Origin: Mobula hypostoma
Lineage: Eukaryota
Reading direction: 5' to 3'
DNA: 64,000 nucleotides
Assembly (NCBI RefSeq): GCF_963921235.1
Contig: NC_086107.1
Coordinates: 111,168,001-111,232,000 of the forward strand
Under the pieces are notes generated by a model. The model did no database searches and had not been told where the DNA came from. It saw only the letters and a program-made list of their open reading frames with translations. The translations under genes were made by a program, and so were the position numbers. This document shows, one piece after another, positions 46,681 through 60,416 of the stretch. How positions within the stretch are numbered: the stretch's first letter is position 1; each line of letters opens with the position of its first letter.

Positions 46681-49329
46681 AGGAACCTTCATTTGATCTT
46701 CAGAATCAGATTTAATATGGCGCAATGTTGCGAAATCTGTTGTTTTGCGGCAGCAGTACAGTGCAATATTAATAATAAAAATTGAATTACAGCAAGTATA
46801 TACATATTAAAAAGTTAAATTAAATCAGTAGTGCAAAAAAGTAGTGAGGTAGTGTTCATGGGTTCAATGTCCATTCAGAAATCGGACGGCAGAGGGGAAG
46901 AAGCTGTTCCTGAGTCATTGAGTGTGTGCCTTCAGGCTTCTGTACCTCATTCCTGATGGTAGCAATGAGAAGGCATATCCTGGGTGATGGGGGTCCTTAA
47001 TAATGGATTCCTTTTTTTGTGGCATCACTCCTTGAAGATGTCCAGGAATCTACAGAGGGTTCTGCCCGTGACAGAGCTGATTGAGTTTCCAACTGCCTGC
47101 AGCTTCTTTCGATCCTGCGCAAAACCACCCCCTTCACCCCCAACCCCCCATACCAGACGGGTATGGTCTGGGGGTATGGTTAGAATGCTTGCCAATGATA
47201 CATCTGTAGAAATTTGAGAGTCTCTCTGGTGACTTACCAAATCTCCTCAAACTCTAGATTAAATACGGCCGTCGCGGTGCCTTTGAAACTGCATCAATGG
47301 GTTGGACCCAGTATATCAAAGTACATGCGACAAATAAAGTTAATCTTTAATCATTAACATCCATGAGGCACTGCCTTAAGAAGATGGCATCCGTCATCAG
47401 CAGCCTGCACCATCTGGGCCAAAGCATCTTCTCACTGCTCACATTCAGGCAGGAGATCCAAAAGCCTTAAGTCGCTCACCCTTAGATACCTAAAAAATCT
47501 GATTTTCATTTCATATGCATATACATAACGTAACTCAGTTTTTTTCCCTCTACATTTATTTATCATGTATTTCTATTGCTGTAAAGTTAACAAATTTCAC
47601 AACATATGCTGGGGATATTAAATCTCATTCTGTCTAGTCAAATCAAGCTGGATCATTTTTTAAGATCTAGTTTTATTGCCCAGTGATAAAAGATGAACCA
47701 ATAATCTCAGCAGTCAAAACAATCCTCTTAGACATGGCCTCTTTATAGATTGCAATATTAACCGTCAAGACAAATAGAGCTTTATGGCTGTTTGCAGATG
47801 TACAGTGAGATTGACATGCAAATAAAAAGCTTGCTCACAGAAGCATCACATGCACATTGAGTCAGGCTTTATTACGAGTTTGAGGAGATTTGGTGTGTCA
47901 CCAAACACACTTGCAAATTTCTACAGATGTACTGGGGGGGGGGCATTCTGACTGGCTGCATCACTGTCTGGTGTGGGATGGGGTGGATGCTCTTGCACTG
48001 GACCGTAAGAAGCTGCAGAGTTGTAAAGTCAGTCAGCTCCATCGTGGGGACTAGCCTCCAGAGTATTCAGGACATCTTTAAGGAACAATGCCTCAAAACG
48101 TAGCATCCATTATTAAGGCCCCCATCGCCGAGGCCATGCCTTGTTCTCATTACTATCATCAGGTAGGAGATACAGAAGCCTGAAGGCATTCACTCAGCGA
48201 TTCAGGGACAGCTTCTTCCCCTCTGCCACCTGATTTCTGAATGGACATTGAACCCATGAACATAACCTCATTTCTGTATTTCTTTTTTTGTATACACACA
48301 CATAGTAATCACATTTTTCTCTATTATTATATATTACGTTGTACTACCGCCACAAAGGCAACACGTTTCATGACTATGCTGGCGATATTAAACCTGATTC
48401 TGAAAAGAACACTAGTTATACAAGACAGCCGGGGGGAGGGGGGGGGGGGAATCTGAAAGACATTAGTGCAAAGAAACAAAGCGCAACCAGATACAAGTCC
48501 ATGGTAGAGCAAGCGGCAGCCTGTAGTGTGGTAGGGTCATGTAGGTCAGTTCAACGACCTGATGATTGTAGGAAAGTCACCACTCTCAAAGCTGGCGGGG
48601 TGGGACTTCAGGCTTCTGTACCTCCTGCCGATAGGAACAATGAGAAGATTTCATAAAGCAGTGAGAAGGTGGCGATATATGTGCACTTTGACCTTTGACC
48701 TGGATGGTGGGCGGCCTGGAAGACGGATGCCTCCTTCTTGAGGCAGTCAAGGTACATCAAGACTTCAATGTAGTCCTGACTGACTGCAATCGCTGGTGGG
48801 AGGGCTGTGTCGAAGTACAAAGTGCATATACATCACCATATACTACGCTGAGATTGATTTTCTTGTGGGCATTCATTGTAAATGTAAGAAGTACAATAGA
48901 ATCAGTAGAAGACTCTACCCAACAGGAAGGACATACAACCAATATACAAAAGACAACACTGTGCAAATACAAAGAGAAATAAATGCGATAAATATCAAGA
49001 ACTTCTAATGAAGCGTCCTTGAAAGCGAGTCCATTGGTTGTGGGAACATTTCAGTGATGGGGCGAGTGAAGTTATCCCCTCTGGTTCAAGAGCCTGATGG
49101 TTGAGGGGGAATAACTGTTCCTGAACCTGGCGGTGTGAGTCCTGAGCCTCCTGTACCACCTGCCTGACGGCAGCAGCGACTTCAATGATGAGTCTATAGA
49201 TGTAGGAACAGTTCAGTAAAGAGACGAGTGAGGTTACGCTCTTTGGTTAAAGAGTGTGGTAAATGGGGTAATAACTTCCTGCATCTTCTACCCCGCCCAG
49301 AAGCAGATACTGGTAACGACAAAGAGACC

Positions 49330-50080
49330 ATTTGCACTTAATGGGCGAGTGGGTAACTTGCTAGCCTCTGCCCTCTCATTAAATTCCCAGCTTTATTTGT
49401 GAGGGAGACAGACCACGAGCAGCAAGGCAACTTCTGGCCGGGATTGTGCGGCTGGGAAAGTTCCGAGCCCATGCTGCTCACTGCTGTGCTGGGAGTTAAC
49501 TGTTCCAAAAGGAACAGCTGGATCCTAGGTCCGGAAAGGGGTGTGCGGCCCTGTGTATAAGACTGGGCAGGTCCCACAGAGAAAGCTCCATCAGTCAGGC
49601 CAGCTCACTGGGATAAAGGTTCGGGCCGGCTGCTGTGACAAGGACACCTTGTTCCCCCTCCTCCCCCACCAGCCCGTGAACAGCCAGCCTCCAACATACA
49701 GCTGCTGCCTCTTCCGTCAACCTACGGGCACGTGTCGGCATGCACACATAATCAAACCTGAAAATCACGTCCCAGTCCCTTTCATGTGACTCACGCCTCG
49801 TTGCACACAGTGACGAGGTAAACAGATTCCTGGCACAGATAAAGGCAGCCAGATGCAAATCTACTCATTCACATTATGAGGAGTACAATCCCCTGCATCA
49901 ACACCATGCAATGACGGTCGGGCGAACTGAGCAGACTTGTCAGAATTTATTGATTCATATAACACAACGAGAGTGAACCAAGAGCTCAAATCCCCACACA
50001 AATGATGAAAACTGGTCACTTGCAAGTTGCGTCACAACTACGATGAGAAATAAATTGCTTGATCTTTCTCAAAGTTAAGA
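49330..50080. promoter_or_regulatory. Candidate intron-1 enhancer
   Basis: Non-repeat island between TEs with clustered motifs: CACGTG ~49729, TCATGTGA 49782, TGACTCA 49787, GTAAACA 49818, AGATAA 49837, ATGCAAAT 49853. Confidence 0.4.
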
Positions 50081-51724
50081 TTGGTTTTTAAATTTACTCA
50101 GCGCCACCCTACCCAGCAACCCCCCCCCCCGCCCCCGCCTCCGACAACCCTGAACCTAACCACAGGACAATTTACAATGACCAACGGGACATTTTTGGAC
50201 TGTGGGAGGAAACGGAAGCATCAGGAGAAAACCCACACATTCCACGGGGAGGATGGACAGAGAATCCTTACAGGGGACACCAGGATTAAACTCCTAACTC
50301 CAGCACCACAAGGTAAAACCGCACCGCGCTAACCACTGTGGCACCCAAGGAGGACACCCGCCTAGTGATGCATCTTTAAGGCTGCATTTCCCTATTCCAA
50401 CACAATTTACATTCATGTAAAACAGATGACAACCATTTGCATTTCAAAGTTGGCTGCAAGGCAAATGCTGAGCAAGACATCAGGAGAAGACTAAAGTCTC
50501 AAAAGCATCATGGAAACATTTATGCCTGCACGTGGCACAAAATAATTCTTCATTAATATTAAATGGTGGTATAGCAGTTAGCATAACGCTTTACAATGCC
50601 AACTTAATTCTGCCTCTGTCTGTAAGGAATTTGTACGGTATAGGTTAGGGTTAGTAAGTTGTGGGCACGCTACATTGGTGCTGGAAGCGTGGTAACACCT
50701 GCAGGCTGCCCCCAGCACATCCTCTGATCTGACGCAAACGAATCATTTTTCGATGTTCCGATATACATGTGACAAATAAAGCTTTATCTTTACTCTTACA
50801 TTTATACATTTTTGCATTGTAGGGGAATTAAGGGTTACGGGGAAAAGGCAGGTAGGTGGAGATGAGTCCATGGCCAGATCAGCCATGATCTTATTGATTG
50901 GCAGAGCAGGCTCGACGGGCCGAATGGCCGACTCCTGCTCCCATTTCTTACCTAACAGCCAAACAGGGCTTGGCGGTAAAAACTAAATCATGCAGATGTT
51001 GGAAATCTGAAATAAATGCTGGAAGCACTTGAACAGTCAAAGAGTAAAATGGCGACGCTTCTCTCTTCGCAGAACTTAACCAATTGACCAGCAACTGGTT
51101 AACATCCTGTGGGCGGAGACACGAGCACTAGGATGTGGCAGCAGCGTAGCCAATGGCTGCAGTCAATATAAGAAGCTAGGTTTGGGCCAGATGGGAACTT
51201 CCCTTCTATGGTACCCATCAGAGGGGGAGCCACTGGGTGGGTGCTACGGGGCTGTCTTCCTCTGGCAAATGTGCCTTTGCAAAGGCATTTTTGGTTCAAG
51301 AGGCATCACCACAGGGACGTCCACACTTCCTCCAAGTGCCACAGTTAAAATGTGGGTAATTCACCCTCCAAGGGTAATCAGTTTAATTGTTTTTAATTTG
51401 ATTTTTTTTAAATTTAGAGCCACAGCCCAAAGAGCTGCCCCACCCAGCAACCCACATACTTAACCCTTATATTGGTGGGACCACAAAGTGTCCCCTTGGT
51501 TCTCAGTTTTACCGAGCCAGAAGGGTGGCTGGTTGGTGCCCACGTACAAGACTCCCTACACTCATTGTTGCTCCATAAGCTTCAAACGTGGCAAGAACTT
51601 GCTAAATCTGGTAATGTGATCACTCAAATCAAGTATGCTTTTCTCCTAAGGGGTTGTCTATCGGTGGGTCCTTAGCTGGTTGTAGAGGCCAATACAGGAT
51701 TCGCATATCCGAGATGTCTGGGTA

Positions 51725-52060
51725 CTTAACTAAGCCCCATCACCCCTACTGGGGTATAGACCACTGAGGGTAGCTCACTGGAGTCCTCTGACCTGGGCCA
51801 GTCCTTCACATTGTCTCCTGGTGTAGGCCACCTTCTTGGTGTGTCCTTCCCCTCCCAGGGATGAAGTTCTTAGAGCTTCCGTTGCTGTTTCTGTAGCACT
51901 GAGATTTTTACAGGATGGGGTTGCTGGCCCTGTGTCCAACCCTCCTCCCTTCACAGCCGGGCTTGGGGACCATCCACAATGGAGCTGAGACGTTAGGGTA
52001 GATTCCCTTATTGGAGAACATCTGTCTGTGTCTTTGTTTAACATGGGGAGGCTGATACAC
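51725..52060 (-). mobile_element. Short RTE-derived non-autonomous element
   Basis: Minus strand has ggtccccaagcccggc...gagggttggacacagggccagcaaccccatcctgtaaaa (RTE 5'-like) joined to an RTE-like 3' end. Confidence 0.5.
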
Positions 52061-52733
52061 AGGCAGTACCACTCACCACCTCCTTGATGGCATCAATGAG
52101 AAGAGTGCGTGTCCTGGGTTATGGAGGGTCCTTAATGATAGATGCTGCCTTTTACAGACAGCACCTTTTGAAGGTGTCCTGGATGCTGGGGTGGGAGTGG
52201 GGGTGGCTAGTGCCCATGATCGAGCTGGCTGAGTTTGCAACCTTCTGCAGCCTGGAATCAGAGACCAGAGGCACGGAATGCAAGTTGGCTGGGGCCCCTT
52301 CACTGCCGCACCCTTTCTCTGCCTTCACTGCCACTGCATCATCATCTTCCGCCAGCTCCACTGCTGCGGTCTTGGTTGGATTGCACCAACATGGGTGACC
52401 CTTCCAGGAGCCAAGCACCAGATGACCGAACTCCAGACAGTACCAACCTCAGGATGTCAGGAACCCCCATTCTACAGCGTCCAGTACCCCGTTCAAGCCA
52501 CAAGCGTGAGCCCAGCTAGGGCAATGGATGAGAAGATCATGAGCCTTAGGGATATCCCAAATATGTGCACCAATTCCACAATGACAATGGTAGATCACCG
52601 GTACACTGGCTAAGAGTCACCTTGAGTTAAGAACAACAAGCCAAGGAGTAGATTAGAGAGTCATATAGAGTCAGGGAGCACCACAATGTGCTGAACTATT
52701 ATTTTGTCTAGTCCCTCTGAAGAGGATTGATAT

Positions 52734-53466
52734 CACTGAGCAACAAAGATTTTGCTTCCTGAATACTGCTGATCATGAAAATCAGCATGAAATTTCCCAA
52801 TCGCACAGTTTTTTTTTGGAATCGCCTATATTTGTTAATTTAGTTCATAATTCAAGTCAGGATAACTGATGCCAAGAATAAGGAAGGCATTTTTGTTGGT
52901 CCACAAATCAAACAGGTCATCAATGACAGGCAATTCCAAGAACTTCTGGTGGGACCAGAGGAAATCACATGGAAGGCATTCAAGGATGGTGTTGAAATTT
53001 TTCTTGGCAATTACACAGCATCAATCCATGTGCAGCTGGTTGACAACATGCTTCAAGCATACAAAACCAGGAAGTGCAACAGATTCATTTTCTGCATTTC
53101 CATCTAGACTTCTTCCCAGCAAACCCTGGCGCTGTCAGTGACGAGCATGGTGAAAGGTTTCACCAGGAACATTGCAGTCATGGAAAACTGCTGGCTGATT
53201 ATTGTTGGACACTGAAGTGAGAAGCCTCAGACACTGAGTACAAATGAAAATCATCAGCAAAACATTCTTAGCTCAGTTGCACCATTGCAATCCATCAGTA
53301 CCGTTATGCAATTAAACATATTGTAGTCAATAAAAGTTAATGTCTTGTATTTCCAAATTCCTGTGATACAAGTAGTCTGAAATTATATTTGTGTTCAAGT
53401 GGTCTACCATAAACAAGAAGAAAATTCTGAAGAAGCAACACTTTCAATAAAATTTGTTGTCCACCC
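52734..53466 (+). mobile_element. Chapaev3-like DNA transposon, internally deleted
   Basis: Termini CACTGAGCAACAAA / TTTGTTGTCCA. Remnant peptide HFLHFHLDFFPANPGAVSDEHGERFHQ at ~53083-53167. Confidence 0.75.
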
Positions 53467-53851
53467 ATCTTGTAAAGACACTGCCCAGAAGGCGGCAATG
53501 GCAAACCACTTCTTTTGAAAAAATTTGCCAAGATCAATCATGGTCAGAGATCATGATCACTCACATCATATGACATGGCACATAATGATGCTAAGTCCCA
53601 TTGACCCACAACTGGTATAAAGTGTTCCATACCATTTCCATCCATAGACTAATCCTGGGTTATTTAACCGTCAACCGCAAGAAAGAGTTTGCACAAGTTA
53701 TAGAGATTTAATTAATTCTGTCTCTCAGATGAGCTTTGTAGATTTTTTTTTTCCCTAACCATCACTGTTAGAAGATGGTGATGTATAGTGTGGGCAGACT
53801 AATGTGGTCCTCTGAAGTTGTTCATTTAGAGTCAATCAAAAGAACCCGGCA

Positions 53852-54035
53852 GCCGGGTGATGATGTAGTAGCATCTGCACCAGACTTTGATGCCAGTGGT
53901 CCTGGGTTCAAATCCGGTTGGCTCCTTGCACGCTTTCCATCTGTGCTGGATTGAGCGGTGAGATAGCAACTTGGTCTCATAAAAAACAGACAAAAATGTT
54001 CAAGAAACAGCATGGCCTCGAAAGGAACAACAAAA
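53852..54035 (+). mobile_element. tRNA-derived SINE
   Basis: A-box-like TGATGTAGTAG, B box GGTTCAAATCC, (CAA)n tail. Confidence 0.65.
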
Positions 54036-54589
54036 GTACCCAGTAGCACCAATTCCTCAGTCAATAACTATGAGGAAGTCATACAGTTTTATAGTCCTGT
54101 AGTAATATTAACAATGTTTAAATTTGTTCTGTATTTTATTTAAATATATAACTTGTTACTCAGGTAAACAAACAGTGGATCAAAACTGTTGATTGTTTAA
54201 CAGTTGGATCTTTTGGATCAAAATGATTCAAATTGGATCAAAATGTGCTGGTTCTGATGGTGTCCTAATAAACTGGAATCCACTACTTCAAAAGGCCACA
54301 GCTTCTGTGACTCAGTTGGTTTGAACACAATCTCCAGTGCTGTATGGTGTTTCTACATTTTCCTTTTAATCATCAGAATTTTCTCCCACATACCAAAAAA
54401 TATGCTAGTTTACAGGTCAATTGGCCACAGTTACTTGCCTCCTGTATGCTGGTGGGTTCCTTAAGGTTGTTATAACTAAGGGTGGTAATTGGGATAAGAT
54501 CCCACTACTAGTTAAATGCTCCCAATGGTGTACACCTCAAATACAGTAGCTTCTGACAACCACATCCAGCTCCTTACTTTCACTACTCA

Positions 54590-55104
54590 AGGCTGATTTA
54601 TACTTGTGCGTCAACTCGATGCCGTAACCTACGCAAGTGTCCTATGCGCATTGTGAGCATTTATACGTGTGCGTTGGTGTGTCTGCGTCACTCTGCAATT
54701 CGGGCACGTCACGTATGCGTACATACCTGCCCGCGCAAGGCTTCATGGTCATGGTAGTCTTTCTTGGGGTAAACAAGTTTAAAGCGAGCGTCTTTTTTCG
54801 TAAAAGCGAAGTGTGCCCTCCATAATTTCGGAGGTCTGGAAAGCTTTATGGAGAGCATTGCAGCCAGAGTTCCTCCCCTGCCCTTCAGTCGCCCAATGGG
54901 AAGCTATTGCAGCGTAGGAGGAAATGCGATGCTACCAAGCTGACCAATCACAGTTGTTGCGGTGTGCATTGCCGCAATGCATAGTTACATTCTGGGAGAG
55001 GTTCACGCCAGGCTACGGCGTAGGGATCCATGTAGGCACTGCGTAGGGTTCGTGGTGACGCCGTACCTACGGCATTGAGTTGACGCAGAAGTATAAATCA
55101 GCCT
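54590..55104. mobile_element. PIF/Harbinger-like MITE
   Basis: ~37-bp TIR AGGCTGATTTATACTTGTGCGTCAACTCGATGCCGTA / TACGGCATTGAGTTGACGCAGAAGTATAAATCAGCCT; 3-bp flanks TCA / TAA. Confidence 0.82.
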
Positions 55105-58098
55105 TAAGCTCGGCAGAACCGTTTCTACTAACAGAAGAGGGGCAAATGCGGGTTACTGGCACCTTAAAACCAGTCGCTGTGGGCAGCTCGGGCTCATCAG
55201 CCGTGATTGGCAGCTCATCTAGAAGGAAATCTCAGATCTTAAACCTCTGCTGCCTTGTGGTTGAACTCAATCACGGGGGAGGCTTTGGGAGTAAGTCCCA
55301 AGGGAAAAATCTAGAGCTGCAGTCCCTAAGGCAGTCTCACGTTGATTTCAATGTTGACTGACAACTCGTGTGACGCTGCTGGTGCCAAACTGTAACAGTC
55401 TCTGCCGTTCCTTTGAGTTCATCAGATGCGTGGAGAGGGGGAGCTTCCTACATGGGCGACAGCTTGCTTTCCACGTTGTACTGCCCTGGCTTGCAACATC
55501 CATGGCCCCAGATGCAGGTAGGTTGTAGAACTGATGAGATGCTAGGAGAGTGGGTTACAGAGAAAACTACTAGGGAATGGAATTGCATTCTGAGGGAACA
55601 TTGACTCATTGGGCTATACAAGTATTGTGAATAGGGCCCCTTATCTAAGAAAGGATGTGCTGGTATTAGGACAGGTCCAGAGGAGGTTCACGACAATGAA
55701 TGTAGGAATGAAAAAGTTAACTTATGAGCATTTTATTGCTCTGTGCTTGTACTCACTGGAGTTTAGAAGAATGAAAGGGATCTCATTGTAACCTATCAAA
55801 TAAATGAAAAGCCTGGATGGAGTGGATGTGGAGAGGGTGTTTCCAATACTGGGGGAGTCTGAGACAAAAGGATACAGGCTCAGAATACAAGGAGTTTAAA
55901 CTGTCTGGAGTTTAGAACAGAGACGTGAAGGAATTTCTTTAGCCAGAGGGTGGTGAATCTGTGGAATTCATTGCCATGAACGACTGTGGCAGCCAAGTCA
56001 TTGAGTTGATAGGTTGATCAGAAGTTGATAGGTTCTTGATTAGTAAGGGTGTCAAAGGTTATGGGGAGAAGGCAGGAGAATGGGGTTGAGAGGACAATAA
56101 ATCAGCCATGATAGAATCGCAGAGAAGACATGATGGGCCAAAGGGCTGAATTCTATGTCTTGTATTTACCACTCGTTTTGTAAGGAAATATGCATCCACC
56201 ACCCGCGGTTAAACGTTTAACATAGTACCCAACTTAAAGTACAATCATACAATTGTCCAAAAGGAGACTTAGGTCAGATAATCAGTGTCGCGGCTTTGCC
56301 AGTATGTGAAACATCCCAGAATTGATTGTAGTTTGGTGCCAAGCATAAACCACAGGACATCATAACAAACAACACAATAGCATCCAACAATTTACAAGGC
56401 AACAGTGCAAACAGCCATGGGCAATCAATAATTAGCGGAACGGCCACATGCGCAAACATCAATAATCAAACTTAAATAAACTGAACAAATGAACAGAGTC
56501 AATGATTATCAACAGAACAAGAAGAGCAGGAAAGACTATTTAACGGACAGCAAGATGGACAGCATTTAAAAATTAACAGATGTCTGAATGATTAATAAAG
56601 GAAGCCAAGTACAAGACTGAAGATGACAAAAATGGAAGGCAAGAATTAATACAAACCTGCAGAAAGCAAGCTTGTGGAAATGATAAGGCAAAACAGAAGA
56701 TAAATGTTTGCATCAGTTGTCACTGTGGAAGATACAATTAACATCCCAGAAATAGCTCCGAATCGGAAACTGTAGGCAGGGAGGAAGCCAAAAAAATTTA
56801 CAGTCGCTGGGGCAGTGGGACAGAGCAAACCATTGGAGCTGCAGGCTCACAGATCCCTGGATTCTCATGGACCTCACCCTGGGTTCATAAAAGTAGTGGT
56901 TGGTGAGATGGTTGATACAATGGTGCATGTTTCCCAAATTCTCCAGATCTGGAGACTGTTTCAGATGATTGAAAACAACATGGCAGGAATGTCTTTGAAA
57001 AGATTCAAGATTCAAATACTTTTATTATCAAGGGATGCATAAATTATAGACAACCTTGAGATTTGTTTGCTTACAGGCGACCACAAAGAAAGAAAACCCG
57101 AAAGATTGCAATTAGAAAAAATAAAGACCAACACTCGAAGCGCAAAGAGAAAAAAAAACACGAATCATGCAAACAGAAGCAAGCGAAAGGATTCCGAAAC
57201 AAATGAGTCCTTCGAGAAAAAGGGAGGGAGACAGAAAGTAGAGAAAAAGCCCTCCCAACCATTGAGCACATCTACATGAAACGCTGTCATAGGAAAGCAG
57301 CATCCATCAGAGATCTTCACCATCCAGGCTATGTGCTCTTCTCACTGCTCCCATCAAGTAGAAGGTACAGAAGCCTCAGGCCTCACATCACCAGGTTCAA
57401 GAACGGTTACTACCCCTCAACCATCAGGCTCTTGACAAAAGGGGATAAGTACACTCACTAGCCCATCCATTGAGATGTTCCTACAACCAATGACTCTGTA
57501 CCTTGTTATTTTATGTTCTCATTATTTATTGCTATTTATTTATATTTGCATTTGCACAGCTTGTCGTCTTCTGCACTCTGGTTGATCTTTCATTGATCCT
57601 GTTATAGATATTAATCTATAGATTTGCTGAGTATGCCCACAGGGAAATGAATCTCAGGGTTGTATATGGTGATACATATGTACTTTGATAATAAAATTTA
57701 CTTTGAACTTAATCAAGAACTTATCAACCTCCACTTTAAATGTACCCATTGACTTGACACCATAGCCAACTGTGGCAATGAATTCCACAGAACCAGTATT
57801 CTTGCTTCAACCAGCTGTATAGCTCTACAGATGTGTGTATGTATACACACACACTCGCATATTAGGCACACAACTTCCACGCACAGGAACGGTAGAGTAG
57901 GTAAATGGGAGCGAGCTGAGAACAGCAAAGTAAATGCAGAAGCCAGGCAGACACGGAGCTATGGGCAGTGTAAAGGCTGACGGCAGTGGAAAGAGTGAAA
58001 AGTTTCAGGTTCCTGGGAGTCGGCATCACTGAAGATAGATCGTGGACCCAATACAGCGACACAATTATAAACAGGGCACGCCAGCGTCTATACTTCAT

Positions 58099-58332
58099 AG
58101 TCATAGTCATACTTTATTGATCCCGAGGGAAATTGGGTTTCGTTACAGTTGCACCAAGAATAGAGTATAAATATAGCAATATAAAACCACAAATAATTAA
58201 ATAATAATATGTAAATTATGCCAGGAAATAAGTCCAGGACCAGCCTATCAGCTCAGGGTGTCTGACCCTCCAAGGGAGGAGTTGTAAAGTTTGATGGCCA
58301 CAGGCAGGAATGACTTCCTATGACGCTCAGTG
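58099..58332 (-). mobile_element. Rex1/Babar-type 3' end, copy C, nested in an older Rex fragment
   Basis: Reverse complement of 6553-6777 with an (ATGACT)n tail; TSD TTCAT at 58094-58098 and 58333-58337. Confidence 0.85.
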
Positions 58333-59755
58333 TTCATTAGGAGTTTGTGGAGATTTTGGTATGAAATCAAAGACTAGCAGATTTCTACAGCTGGACCATG
58401 GAGAGCATTCTAACTGGTTGCCTCACTGTCTTGTATGGAGGGGCCACTGCACAGGATCGGAAAAAACCGTGGAGTGTTGCAAACTCAGCGAGCTCCATCA
58501 CTGTACAACCGTACGACACAGGAGCAGAATTAGGCCATTCGACCCGAGTCTGCATTGCCATGACATCATGACTGATTTATTATCCCTCTCAACCTTATTC
58601 TCCTGTCTTCTCCCCAAAACCTTTGAAGCCCTTACTAATCAAGAACTTACCAACCTCAATACTTTAACTATACTCAATGACTTTACCTCCACAGCCAACA
58701 GCAGCAATAAATTCCAAAGACTCACCACCCTCTAGCTAAAAGAAATTCCTCATCTCTGTTTTAAAGGGACGTCCTTCTAATGAATCCATGGACATTATTT
58801 TTGCTCTACTTTATTCATACCTATTATAATTTACTGTGAGTTTTTAATATAGTCTTCTACAGATGTGCAGTGGAGAGTGTATCGACTGGCTGCATCACAG
58901 CCTGGTAGATAAACACCAAATCCTTTGAATGGAAAATCCTACAAAAGGTAGTGGACTTGGCCCAGTACATTATGGGTAAAGCCCTCCCAACCATTGAGCA
59001 CATCTACATGAAACACTGCCATAAGAAAGCAGCATCCATCAGACATCCCCACCACCCAGACCATGGTCTCTTCTCGCTGCTGCCTTCAGGTAGAAGGTAC
59101 AAGAGCCTCAGGACCCCCACCACCAGGTTCAAGAACTGTTACTACCCCTCAACCATCAGACTCTTGAACATTTGCCCCATCCATTGAGATGTTTCCACAA
59201 CCAATCATCTCCCTTTAAGAACTCTTTATCTCATTAGCTCATGTTCTCATTATTTATTGCTATTTATTTATATTGGCATTTGCAGTTTGTTGTCATCTGC
59301 ACTCTGGTTGATCTTCCACTGATCCTGTTATAGTTACTATTCTATAAATTTGCTGAGTATGCCCACAGGAAAATGAATCTCAGGGTTGTGTATGGTGACT
59401 TATATGTACTTTGAAAACAAAATTTACTTTCAGCTTTCATTTATCCTGTTATAGTTATTATTCTATAGATTTGCTGAGTATGTCCACAGAAAAATGCATC
59501 TCAGGGTTGTATATAGTGACATATGTCCTTTAATAAATTTACTTTGAACTTTATGTATTACGCTGTACTGCTGCCACAAAACAGCACATCTTACCACGTG
59601 TCAGTAACAATAGACTTGATTCTGATTCCATATCCTGCACCAGGCAAATTAAATTTTAATGTCGACCATACATGAAACAGCATACCTTGGGGGCCAAGGT
59701 GCAAAACACAGTACCAACAGTCACACACAGCACAAGGCACATATAAGATAGCAAG

Positions 59756-60416
59756 TGTACGGGGTCTTTCTTTTTTTTGTATGTTAAATTTTAAATGGCT
59801 TCTTTGTTATGTTAAACGCTGAGAAAGCTTTGCGCTAGCAGCTTGTTGTGGGTTGGGGGTGATAAGAGGATGTTACGAACCACTTGGGATAGTTGTTATG
59901 ACTTTGGTGTATCTGGAAGATTTGTATGCACGGGGTTTTGAGGGAGAAGGTGGGAGAGAGAGACAGAGAATGGACCAGGTGCTGTAAGTCCGCTAATGGG
60001 TTGGACCCCGAGCGGGGCGTTCGGCGGGGAGAGGAGACGGAGACGGACTCGTGTGGAGTGTCTGGTCGACCACCGTTGTTGGTCCCAGGCGGCCGGTCGA
60101 GGTGGTCCGAGGGGTCACAGGGTGAAGAAGAAGGGTCCTAAGCTCCAACTTTTTTGTGCACGAGGAGACTGAACTTTGATAAGTGTGGCGCCTTTTATTT
60201 TCCTTTTATATTTATTCTCTATTAATTATATAGTTCCAGTAATATCTATAAACTGTAAATCATTTAATTGTATCTGGTGTATTGTCTGTTATTTGGGCAG
60301 GGTGGGGTACATCACACAGCATCCACACAAACTAATTACCCAGTTTGGCGGGGCTGAGGGCTGTTTCCCTAGACGACAGCGAGCCGAGCGACCTTGAGGG
60401 TGGCCGGGGGGCTACA
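59756..60416 (+). mobile_element. Solo LTR (Gypsy-like)
   Basis: TG...CA termini and an exact TSD CAAG (59752-59755, 60417-60420). The 5' part is homologous to the LTR at 3623. Confidence 0.85.

Noticed and set aside
53852..53925. Possible tRNA gene
   Set aside because: Degenerate cloverleaf followed by a shared body and (CAA)n tail, with a second copy at 20678. It is a SINE head.
57248..59552. Apparent local duplication (57248-57710 versus 58981-59430, plus a tail repeat at 59443-59552)
   Set aside because: Independent 3' fragments of one abundant Rex-type family with different 5' ends and flanks.
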